A DNA stretch of 63,272 bases, counting the filler, from Octopus bimaculoides (lineage: Eukaryota): NCBI RefSeq assembly GCF_001194135.2. It is 3 parts of 3 records of this genome, joined end to end, with 100 filler letters (N's around TTAATTAATTAA, not from the genome) between each part and the next. Parts side by side here need not be neighbours in the genome. Positions count along the whole stretch, not along the records: positions 12,567 to 36,902 come from NC_069004.1; positions 37,003 to 63,272 come from NC_068997.1; 1 more part is not named here. One strand, written 5' to 3'. Positions 26,497 through 40,097 of the stretch are shown here, in pieces. The notes under the pieces were generated by a model, which saw only the letters and a list, made by a program, of their open reading frames with translations, was not told where the DNA came from and searched no databases. How positions within the stretch are numbered: the stretch's first letter is position 1; every line of letters begins with the position of its first letter. The translations under genes were made by a program, and so were the position numbers.

Positions 26497-26894
26497 CTTT
26501 AGATCACCTGTGCAATAAATCGAATCACTCTCTCTCTCTCCCCCCTCTCTTTCTGTTTGTTAATCACATGACTTTGGAAGAACTTTCTGGAGTCATTACT
26601 TTATTTGACCAGCCTACCATGTTTTCGAACTGTCTGCCCAATCTCCTGTGATGTGTTGGTGGCCGCTGACATCTGAACGACCGAAACAAACCCTGACGTC
26701 ATAAACTCACAACACTGGACGATCCCCTGGAGTTTCATCTTTTTCATGTCAGACCTATATCAGTAGCTCTAAATTTTATACTTAATGACATTGTTACTGA
26801 AACAAGAAATTAATTAATGCAGAATATAATTACGTATATTGTAACTAATGAGATATTTCGTGTAATATAAGAGAAATGAATTAAAAATTGTTTG

Positions 26895-27125
26895 GTATGT
26901 GCTCGTTCCCCCTCATTTTAGAACCTGGCTACGCTTCTCGTCTCCACCACCCTTTGACAACGGTGATCATCTGTTTGTGTCCCTGTAACTTAACGGTTCA
27001 ACAAAAGATTCGATAGAATAAGCACTGGGTTTTAAAAAAAAAATAAACACTGGGGAAGATTTGTTCGACTAAAACTTTCAATGTGGAGCCCCAGCATGGC
27101 CACACACCGCAACAAGTAAAAGATG
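26895..27125 (+). mobile_element. SINE 3' part (2385-2782 family)
   Basis: TTGACAACGGTG...AACTTAACGGTTCAAC...GATAGAATAAGCACTGG...CCAGCATGGCCAC. Confidence 0.6.
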
Positions 27126-27182
27126 AACGACAAAACATACATACATACATGTATGCTTGTAGACAGACAAATAGATAGATAA

Positions 27183-27224
<42 letters not shown>

Positions 27225-28234
27225 CACACACACACATATATGGCTGCCGCATTGAACAAGCTAAGTGAACACATAACTTTTCTGACTTCAACCAAGCAAG
27301 ATGTTAAATGCAGCGATGGTATATTAAAGTGCAGAGCTGGCCAATAATTACAGCATTATAAGTTAGTGTATCTAAACTATTTAGTTTCGTACGCATGGCT
27401 ACGTGTGTAGTTGTGCATACGTGCGTGCTATGAACTGCAAAACTCCATTTGTAAATTGCCAAATTCTAAGATTATTGTTGCCAGAATTAAGTAAGGAGAT
27501 TAGATTTGATAGAGTTTTCTATTTTCATTGGAAAATATATTGAATATGTTGTGTAATTTCACTGTTCTGTGTGACTCATTTGTAAATAGAAAGCAAGCTA
27601 AATACACACACACACGTATATATATATATATATATATATNNNNNNNNNNNNNNNNNNNNNNNNNNNNNNNNNNNNNNNNNNNNNNNNNNNNNNNNNNNNN
27701 NNNNNNNNNNNNNNNNNNNNTATATATATCTGTATATATGTATGTATATAATGCATAGATTCGCATATAGATATATACGTACATGAATAGGGACATGAAG
27801 TTAAGTATTAATGGATATAGATGTGAATGTGTGTGTGTGCATACACACACAACACAGAGTTATATATAAACACGCATACACATAAATTATATATGTATTC
27901 CAAAGGTTTCAAGCTCATATTTGCATGAAACTCATGGTATTCGACAATTTGAATTCTATTTTGTATACCGGCACACCTATGCACAGGTGTGTGCGTAACA
28001 TATAGCTTCATAGATTCTTACGGAAGAGTCGAAACCGACCCTAGATTCTTCAACCAGTTCCTTTCCCACTGTTCTCAGTCTTTGCACTTTGGAATTTATG
28101 GAAGTCAACCGTCACACTTAGTGAAATTCTATTGTTCAAGTGAACATTCTTAAGGTAATAGGGCTCAAACAAGATAACAGGCGAATAGTCCCTTGTTTAG
28201 CCAGATCTAATTCAGTCAGAGAAAAATATAAATA

Positions 28235-28390
28235 TGGAGTGGTTGGCGTTAGGAAGGGCATCCAGCAGTTATAACTCTGCCAGATCAGATTGGAGTCTAG
28301 TGTAGCCATTTGATTCGCTAGTCCCCCAGTCAAATTGTCCAACCCATGCTAGCATGGAAAGTGGACGCTAAATGATGATGATGATGATGA
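28235..28390 (+). mobile_element. RTE tail fragment
   Basis: GAGTGGTTGGCGTTAGGAAGGGCATCC...CATGGAAAGTGGACGCTAAATGATGATG. Confidence 0.8.
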
Positions 28391-29156
28391 ACCCAAAATT
28401 GGTTCTACCTCCTTCGCTGAGCGCCTGCCTCAAAGAGCACATCTCTGATTTTCCTCCCTTCATCCATGGTTTATCACCCAGAACAATACAATTTTCAAAA
28501 CAGGAGATTGGAAAATGTGTTGGTATAATTTACTCACCATTACAGGTGTTTCATTTACTAATACGAGTTTAAATGTAGTAAATCGTTGTTGAGCCACCTT
28601 AATAGGTGCAATCTCAGAAGAAGGCTGGAATCTCGCTGGTAGTAAATCCGAATGAAGAACATACACAAGCAAGGTCGTAACTTTAAACGCGTTTAATGTG
28701 GCCACACGTATATTATACACAATGGAATGATAAATAGAATGGTTGGTGCGTAAAGGCCATGGTCTTTTGTGCTAAGCTCCTATCTACAAACTGGTCTGTG
28801 GCATAAGAAAGAGCCAGTCGAGTTACGGCCTCACATATTGCATGTCGGTGCAAATAAAGAAGAAGAGATGAGGTCACGGATCTGAACCGTAATGTTGCGT
28901 AACGCCCTCTATATCGCCAGCTTGTATTACCAGCTGTCAAGGGAGTTAATGCAGCTACACGAGTTAAGAAATTGTGTGTGTAGTAGAGAATCTGTATTAT
29001 TAATTATTATTAAAAATTATTATTTGATTCTTTATCTGAGGAATTTCTGGAAGTAGGTATCTTGGATGCCTGCGTCTACATGGTCAAATTTGTAACTCCT
29101 ATTGGCAAATGAAACACGTATAATGGTGGATAAATAACACCAAAAAATTTTCCAAC

Positions 29157-29228
<72 letters not shown>

Positions 29229-30126
29229 TGTGTAGTGAAAATGTACGAAAAACAGACGACAGAGACAGGCGAGGCAACAACAAACGAAGTTTGACGGTCC
29301 AGAAAACTAGAAAAGTCTTTGAAGTTTCGATCCTACACTTTACGACAGAATGGGTTGAGGAAAGAAAACGGAGATGGAAAATAAACGGAAGGAAAAAAAA
29401 AAAAAAAAAAGAAAATCGTGTCTTGATTAACGGTTTCACATTAGATTCTTTTCTTTCGAAAATATTTCTAAATCAAAGTGTTTGCGTGTGAAATAATGTT
29501 TATTCTATTTGCTTGAAGATATCAAGAACGTAATATATACATACGTCTGTGTGTATGTTGTTTATGTGTATGTGTGCGTGTGTGAAAGTGTGAAATGTAA
29601 TATTAAACTATTTTCATTTTATTCAAAAATAATTTTTCTAAAACAAGCAATGTCTTTTATAAGTATTGGATTGGTTGTCACATATAAGATCCTGCCAAGA
29701 GAAGGAAAATTATATCGTTTGTGTATGCGTGTATTTCCTACATGTCGTATGTTCGTTTGCCTCTACGCGCGTGTGCGTGAGCGTGTTTGTCTGCTTGTAC
29801 GTATGTGTGCGTGCGCGCGTGTGTGTGTGTGTGTGTGTGTGATCGCCCACCATTTTATATCAACACATACCGTTTGGTTTTCTGTTCTTTTTATGCCTTT
29901 TGAATATAAATTATGAAATTAAGTGACAACATATTTCTTGCGAAAGCTACGACAAAAATTTTACCGTTTATTTTTAATCAAAATCCCTGCTTTTCCAGCC
30001 GCTGCAAAACCTGTCACAACTTATTGTCATAAGAATCCTTTCACGTTTCTTCACCTTTAGATTGTATCAAAATGTCATGCATTTATTTGTAAAGTTAAGG
30101 AAGTCATTAAAAACTGAAATACATCA

Positions 30127-30150
30127 GTGACTTTTGGGACACCCTGTATA
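30127..30150 (-). mobile_element. Tc1/mariner-type TIR end
   Basis: Minus strand reads TATACAGGGTGTCCCAAAAGTCAC, a TA followed by a CAGGGTGTCC terminus. No partner end was found. Confidence 0.45.
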
Positions 30151-30237
30151 TGTATGTGTATGTGTGTGCGTGCATGTGTGTGTGTGTGTGCGTGTGTGTA
30201 AATATGTATATATAGTCATATTCAGTGATGATTAAAC

Positions 30238-30738
30238 TTTTCCTTTACGGTATCACATTGCCCTCAGCTGTTTGTACTAATTTTTTTTGTACACGCATTA
30301 GCATTCCGTTAAATCATCCATAGATTTTTATGGTAAATACATATATGCTGACAGACGGGGATACTCGATATCTGCAAGTTGTACATAATAGTCAGAATCA
30401 AATTGTAAATAAGCATGGTCTCATTCATTTTGTGTAATTGTTTGTCCTGTGCTGTCCTCATCTATGTCTGATCCGTAGTGATCATAATAACGATTTTATC
30501 TGCCGAGCACGCGGTCTTCGCTGACGAAGCCTACGGAAATAGGTGAAACTAAACGTTTAGTCTGAAGAATTCTCAAATCGATGAGCATATGTGTATACAT
30601 TTACGCATTTCCTACACTTTAAAAGCATTTTAGCTATTATTTATAGCAATGTAGGTGCCTTGAATCCCTTTGTCACATTTAGGGACGACTGAATTTTTCC
30701 TTTACGGTATCACATTGCGCTTGGTTGTTTATATTAAT
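30238..30738 (+). mobile_element. Hammerhead-containing 457-bp unit bounded by a 44-bp direct repeat (retrozyme / PLE pseudo-LTR-like)
   Basis: 30238-30281 and 30695-30738 match at 38/44 positions (first 24 identical); the hammerhead at 30515-30568 lies inside; no ORF. Confidence 0.6.
30515..30568 (+). ncRNA. Type I hammerhead ribozyme motif
   Basis: TCTTCG (stem I) - CTGACGA - A - GCCTA cggaaa TAGGT (stem II) - GAA - ACTAAACGTTTAGT (perfect 14-nt palindrome, stem III) - C17 (GUC triplet, 30562) - TGAAGA (stem I partner). Confidence 0.85.
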
Positions 30739-30816
30739 ACACACACACACAGATGAGATTTACAGAAAAGCAAAAGACGAAGACAGGTGTATGAACAATA
30801 AACAGGTGTATTGGTT

Positions 30817-30863
<47 letters not shown>

Positions 30864-31059
30864 AAACACACACACACATATCGTAGTTCATTGACCTTGT
30901 TAAGCGTAAGAGTCAAAGCTACCATTTTCCCGTCTTCCAAATAAAAGCGTCTGCTCCTGTTAACTACGTAAAAAACCAGGAAAGGAACACAACATCACCA
31001 ATAAATCGGACTGGCTGATTCTGGTGGGGAATGCTTTGTGTTGCCACTACTCAACAACA

Positions 31060-31526
31060 ACAACAACAACAATACCAGTTAAAGCAACAACAGCAATAGT
31101 GATGATGATGATGATGAAGATGATAATAATAATAATAATCGCCGTCGTCATCATCGTCATCATCATCATCAATATCACAAACATCACGACTTCTACTACT
31201 ACCACAGCTACAACCACCTTCACCACCACCATCATCATCATCATTACCAACATAATGGTCATCGCAGTTATCATCATCGTCATCACTTCCTCCCCTCCTC
31301 TTCCTCCTACCCCTCCTCCTCGAACACCACCACCACCACCACCATTCCACCACCACCACCACCATCATCTTCATCACCACCGCCACCAACATCACCATCG
31401 TCCTCATGGCTGTCGTTCATTCCTCCCCTAACCAATCTGCCATAGAATCGATTGGTGATTAACCCTCGGCTCCTTTTCCTTTATCCTATTTTGTTATCAT
31501 CGTCTCTCTACCATGATGATGATAAC

Positions 31527-31557
<31 letters not shown>

Positions 31558-31580
31558 TTGCTAATGATCGTAGTGGTGTT
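31060..31580. repeat. Compound trinucleotide repeats (ACA/GAT/ATC/CAC/CCT)
   Basis: Direct reading; explains the poly-T/M/I/P/H ORF at 31024-31431. Confidence 0.9.
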
Positions 31581-31823
31581 GGTGGTGTGGCTGAAGCCAG
31601 CCACTGAGCTGCCAAACTGGCAACCGTCCAGTCAGGTATAAAAAAAACGAAGTTTATGTTGTTTTTTTCACTAGGGTATAACTAGATTCGTTTCTACTGG
31701 ACCATACAGTCCTTTGATAGTAACACACACACAGACACACACACACACACACGCACGCACACATACACGCACGAATGCACACACATGAATCTATACATAC
31801 AAGTATATATGTTTATATATGTG

Positions 31824-31870
<47 letters not shown>

Positions 31871-32089
31871 GCGCGCGTGTGCACACACACATATATCTTT
31901 TTATTAAAACTGAAAAATCTTCACAGAGTTTCACGTGACCCTTCATCAGACAGTTTTGAATGTGTGTGTGTGTGTGTATGTGTGTGTGTGTTGTGTGTGT
32001 ATGTATGTTTATGTATATATGTATACATGTATATATAAATCTGCGCGCGTGCGTGCGTGTGTTCTGCATCGTGTGTATGTATATGTACA

Positions 32090-32134
<45 letters not shown>

Positions 32135-32139
32135 GTATG

Positions 32140-32176
<37 letters not shown>

Positions 32177-32278
32177 ATATAAATCTGTGTGCGTGTGCAC
32201 ATATATGTACGTATATATATATATATATGTGTATATATATGTGTGTGTGTATGTATATGTATGTATATGTATGTATGC

Positions 32279-32319
<41 letters not shown>

Positions 32320-32924
32320 AAGAGAGAGAGTGAGAGAGAAATAGACCAAAGTGCACGTACGCCGCTATATGTATATAAAAAAGAATACAAAATATGGGGG
32401 GGGGGCACACATACGTATATATGTAGGTCATTAGTTCATAAATCCGCAAAGAACAACACTCTAAAATTTAGAGCAGTAATACATGAAGAGTCGTTGGTTA
32501 AGACCGGTCAGAGAATGACCGTTGTTTTCGCACCTATAAGGTTCTTAACGGGTATAGGTGACTCATCAGACTTGATAAGCAGAGGTACGTAACCTCTCTA
32601 CAACTGGTAGAGTTTTGGAGTCAGCTGGGGTTGTAAACAAAATACCTGAAATGAAATTTCACTTTCAGACAATTTTTCTGGGCGATGTGGAGTTATCTCC
32701 CTTAGATCGACTCTAGTTGCGTTTAAAAAGGATGAGTATATGGATGATTAGTTTTTGCTAATCGGCAGCGAGGTTTTTCCATGTTCTGACATAAATTTCA
32801 GATGAGGACGACACCGACTAAAAATCTCTGTTTTGGGCTTCTTTCGGTTTTCGTCTACCAAATCCACTCACAAGGCTTTGATAGTATGTAGGTATCATCT
32901 GGTACAATCCTCCATACAATGTTA

Positions 32925-33135
32925 CATGGAGTATTGTACCAGATAAATTTTCTTTCTTCTGTTTTGAAGTCATACGATTTGTGTCCTTCAGTTTTTCACT
33001 AAATCTGCTTCTTGCTAATGTTATGCTGCAATATGTCTTCTTTAAATATCTGTTTGCCTGATGATAGATTTGATATTTTTCCAAATGTATAATGTACCAA
33101 ATTTTATGACCAGAAATTCTGTTCATGAATAATGT
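32925..33135 (-). mobile_element. Penelope-like element fragment (RT thumb/linker)
   Basis: Minus-strand translation SNLSSGKQIFKEDILQHNI...EERKFIWYNTPCNI resembles the PLE S.LSS...F...RKIIWFNPP motifs. Confidence 0.55.
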
Positions 33136-33289
33136 TTCCTCTTTTGGCTTTTGGTTGGAAAAGTCTTTAATATGTGATGTCTAAATTTTTTTTATTATTA
33201 TCATGTTGGTGATTATTGCTAGACCTGGGTTGAATTGTTTGAATATCATAATATATATATAAGCATACATAAACACATATATATGTATT

Positions 33290-33333
<44 letters not shown>

Positions 33334-33699
33334 CATACATAGACATATATAATATACACACATGTACACATATATATTTGTGTTTATATGCCTTTATGTA
33401 TACATGCACATTTTTTCTATGCACACATATGTATATACCCATATATATACTTGTACACATATGCACATATATATTCATATACACACACACACATATATAT
33501 ATATATGCATACATATACACACACATATATATATATACATATATGCATAAACACACACACATATATACATACGCACATATACATGTATATATACACATAT
33601 ATGCATAAACACACACATATGTGGACGTATTGTGTAAGGGAAGGGCAGATGGTTTATCTGAAATTATACACTTAAAAATACACAAAAGTTTTTAATAAT

Positions 33700-33823
33700 C
33701 TCTTTTACTTGTTTCAGTCATTTGACTGTGGCCATGCTGGAGCACCACCTTTAGTCGAGCAAATCGACCCCAGGACTAATTCTTTGGAAGCCTGTGTATA
33801 TATATATATATATATATATACAT

Positions 33824-33875
<52 letters not shown>

Positions 33876-34045
33876 ATGTATATGTATTTGATGGTCTACT
33901 TTCAGTATCTGTCTAATAGTTCCACTCACTAGACTATTATTGGTCTAAGGTTGAAACAGGCAAAAACTTGTCCAGAATGCTGTGCAGTGGGACTGAACCT
34001 CAAACCGTGAGGTTGCAAAGTAAACCTTCTTAACTACACGGCCAC
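33700..34045 (-). mobile_element. SINE (2385-2782 family) split by a microsatellite
   Basis: 3' part at 33700-33790, head region at 33890-34045 (GCAGTGGGACTGAACC...CTACACGGCCAC). Confidence 0.7.
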
Positions 34046-34149
34046 ACACACATACATACATACACACATATCCCCTGACATTATTTGCTGCCCGCAAATA
34101 TTTTCCCCAAGATTTCAATTAATTTTAAAGAGAGATAAACTACATTTTT

Positions 34150-36660
<2,511 letters not shown>

Positions 36661-37002
36661 TGGTATATTCTCTTAAAAATGTTGACTTCAAATTTTTCAA
36701 TTATATATCGTGGCTGTGTGGTAAAAGACTTGCTTTCCAATCACATGGTTCTGGGCTCAGTCCCATTGCAAGGCATTTTGGGCAAGTGTGTTCTGCGATA
36801 GCCTCGTACCATCCAAAAACTTGTGAGTAGATCTGGTACATGAAAACTAAAAGAAGCCCATCATGTAACACTTCTGTTCATCAAAAAAAAAAAAAAAAAA
36901 AANNNNNNNNNNNNNNNNNNNNNNNNNNNNNNNNNNNNNNNNNNNNTTAATTAATTAANNNNNNNNNNNNNNNNNNNNNNNNNNNNNNNNNNNNNNNNNN
37001 NN

Positions 37003-37360
37003 ATTCCCTCCTTCAGTTTGCTTGGCAGTCTTCCGTTTGCGAGAAAGCTCTGGAAGAGGATCTGGAGGGGTTTTGCCAGGGCATGCTTACACGATTTAAG
37101 GAGGATTGCTGGGAAACCATCAGGGCCAGCAGTTGAGTTTGTGTCCACTTCATGTATAGCTAGTAGTACATCTTCTTCGCTAATGTTGATGTATTCCATC
37201 GTAACTGCCTCCCTGGTTATGGGGGAGGTAGCAAAGAAGTCCACTGGTTTGTTCACTTGTCTGTGCTCCAATGGAGTGGTGAAGACACTTTTGAATTGCT
37301 CATTCAGTATCTCACTGATCCTAGTTGGACTGTCTGTGAGGGAGCCATCCTTTTCGAAGA
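37003..37360 (-). mobile_element. LINE fragment (pre-RT region; CR1/L2/Jockey group)
   Basis: YINISEEDVLLAIHEVDTNSTAGPDGFPAILLKSCKHALAKPLQILFQSFLANGRLP contains the AGPDG motif. Confidence 0.8.
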
Positions 37361-38938
37361 GATTTATTTATTTTTATTTATCAATAATTTAATTACAGAG
37401 AACTTGGACTTGGAGAAAACTTGAAGTGGTATTTCAGTATCACATCTGCAATGTAAGTGATACTGATTCTGAGCAAGAGTGGTGTTATCATATAATTGAT
37501 CATTGCATCAATGTTTTTGTTAGTGATATGGGCCCTATTAAACCTTTAAACTTAGAAGTAAAGCCCATTGACTATAATCTTCAACTTTTTTTCAGAATGA
37601 ACTTTTTTGTCAGGATGAGTGATGACAAGGTATGCAAGTCAATAGGGCAACACCACCTTCATTACATCAATAGAGGAAATGAAAGCATATCTAAGAATGC
37701 TTTTTCTGATGTTAGTTATGCAACTTCCAAATTAATGAGTCTATTGGAATGCAAATTCAGTTCTGAGATAGAAAATTGATAGCCAGGAATCATTATCTTG
37801 TAAATATTTAAGAAAACACCCATGAGACATCTGCTTACCTGTATTGAACTTAAGTGAGTGAAAGTGACACGACAACAAGTAAAAACCACATGCGTAATGT
37901 ACCGCAATGAACATTATATCATTATTAGCTGGTTTCATTCATGCACTAGTTATATTTTTATATTCCCCAACTCAATTGATATTTACTGCATCTATATCAT
38001 ACTATTCACATTCACATGAACTTATCTATCCACCTACTCTTTCTGTTCTTCTATCCCTACTCTCTTTCTCTCTCTCATAAACACCCTCACCATTTTTCTC
38101 TTTCTTTCTAGCTGGGGAAGTATTGTATTTTCATCTTCAGCAAGACATCAAACTTCCACCTCCTTCAATACTGTTACATACTCAGTTGAGTGGTCTTGGT
38201 TTGTGAGTACTTGGCGACCTCACTGATGGTAGTGAAAAAAAAAAAGAAACCCCATTTAGTACATTCTGTTAAGTGGTTGGCATTAGGAAAAGCATCCAGC
38301 AGTAGAAACCATGCCAAAGCAGATATTGAAGTTTGGTACAGTCCTCTGGCTTCTCGGTTCCTACTAAACTATTCAACCCATGCCTGCAATGAAAAAGGAA
38401 TGTTGAATGATGATGATTACCTACATTTCATCAGAATTTCCAGTGTCTAATAGGATTGCAAGATTTATACTGAGAAAGCATTGCTATCAATTATTTTCTT
38501 TTAATTGTTACATTCACAGTCTGTTCTACACTCAATGTAGAAAGACTGAGAGCAACATTTAAAAAATATGTGAAGTAAATACAAATGTGGTGACACTGAA
38601 AACAACGCATCACTTACTCATAATTTCTAATGATTAAGTAAGAATCACAATATAACACTGAGAAAATTAAAAAATTTAAAACACCAAAAAACCTTGTATA
38701 AAAATTATTCAGATATCTTATATAAAAATGTTAGACACATGAAGGGATTTTATGGTTTTATATCCTTGTGTTTGAATTGAAAGCAACATGTAAAAGTTCT
38801 GGTGAAGGTTTTATGTATTTAAACTGTGTTAATTTGCTTCTGCATATATGTGTACATGACCATATGTGTTTGTATGAGTTTATGAGACTGACGGATGTTG
38901 CAGTTAATTTTCCTGTCGATATAAGAAACTCTATGGTT

Positions 38939-39450
38939 TTAAATAATGAGACAGAGATGAATTTTTTTCTGCTTAATGTACAAAGCAAGATTCTCAATCT
39001 TAAGTAGCCGGACATTGTTGCTATTGCCAGCATTGAACACTCTGTACAGATGATAATTGGCCAGTTTTTGATTAGCAAATTCTAATTCTTTGTTAGATAT
39101 TTCAAAAATTGATTTCTTTTCTGAAAGAGTACTTTTCACTTCAATATATTCCTCATGGAAATGTTGGCTTCCATTTTCATCTGTCTTTTTCAGTACAACT
39201 TTTATGTCATATGGTTGTCCCGTTTCTTGTAGCTCATTCATCCAACTGATACTGTAGATAAAACTCTCAGCTCGGCTTTTCTGTTGCAATAAATAATTAA
39301 ACACCAGATGTTCACCCCAACGTGCTGTCATGACATTGCAGTCTGTTGAATCAGGATCAATATTGTACTGTTCTGGTATGTTCAATTCATTCCCTCTTGC
39401 TAGTTCCTTGTATTCAAGATCTTTACAGCCTTCTAACCAAACTGGGAAAT
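38939..39450 (-). CDS. Terminal coding exon: DUF3883 / protein NO VEIN C-terminal domain (PD-(D/E)XK nuclease-like)
   Basis: Polypyrimidine acceptor tttcttttgttag|AT at 39451/39450 (phase 1). Uninterrupted frame FPVWLEG...ARWGEHLVFNYL...SWMNELQETGQPYDIKV...EYIEVKSTLSEKKSIFEISNKELEFA...YHLYRV...HLCLII* carries the GE / YDI / IEVKST / FEIS..E..FA signature. Confidence 0.85.
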
Positions 39451-39654
39451 CTAACAAAAGAAAAAAGACAGAAATAATTATAACTACAAATACTGACTTT
39501 CACAGAGCACAACAGGGCAACTATTGCTGTTAATCAGAACATGTTCTTGTAACTGAATTAGAGTAGAGAGAGTCCTATAATTATCATATAAATTTTCTAA
39601 ATTTGTGTATATGCTGATTGAGCAGATGACCAGCACATAAATAGCACCATTCAA

Positions 39655-39870
39655 ACATGGCTGATGCCAGTGCCGCCTGACTGGCTCCTGTGCCGGTGGC
39701 ACGTAAAAAGCACCCAGTACACTCCCAGAGTGGTTGACGTTAGGAAGGGCATCCAGCTGTAGAAACATTGCCAGATCAGATTGGAGCCTGGTACGGCCTC
39801 CTGGCTTGCCAGTCCCCAATCAAACTGTCTAGCCCATGCCAGCATGGAAAATAGACATTCAGCAATGATG
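39655..39870 (+). mobile_element. RTE tail fragment
   Basis: GTGCCGGTGGCACGTAAAAAGCACCC...GAGTGGTTGACGTTAGGAAGGGCATCC...CATGGAAAATAGAC. Confidence 0.8.
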
Positions 39871-40097
39871 ATAGGAACTTCATTGTGGGCCATGATCTGA
39901 TATCTTCAGATGGTGAGTATTGTCTTCTTAGGTATTTTAGCTAATTCATGATAGTCAGAAATTTAAACGAAATGAAATATCAATCAGATATAATTAATAG
40001 CAATTATTTGAAAAATGGAATTTAAGCTTTATATATTAATGGGTATGAAAATTGTAAAATTACAGGCAGTGCCCATAGCAATTTAAAATGAATTCAA

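Noticed and set aside
28538-28635. Possible minus-strand exon (RFQPSSEIAPIKVAQQRFTTFKLVLVNETPVM, GTGAGT donor)
   Set aside because: Weak acceptor, no recognisable homology and no partner exon; it lies beyond the stop of the DUF3883 gene.
29032-29098. Possible minus-strand terminal exon SYKFDHVDAGIQDTYFQKFLR*
   Set aside because: Too short and unrecognised; cannot be distinguished from chance without transcripts.
31900-31960. Hammerhead-like CTGATGA...GAAAC on the minus strand with AAAACTG/CAGTTTT pairing
   Set aside because: Stem II cannot form and the stem III/cleavage region is mismatched; at best a heavily decayed remnant.
37426-37779. 117-aa plus-strand ORF
   Set aside because: No recognisable motif or convincing splice context.
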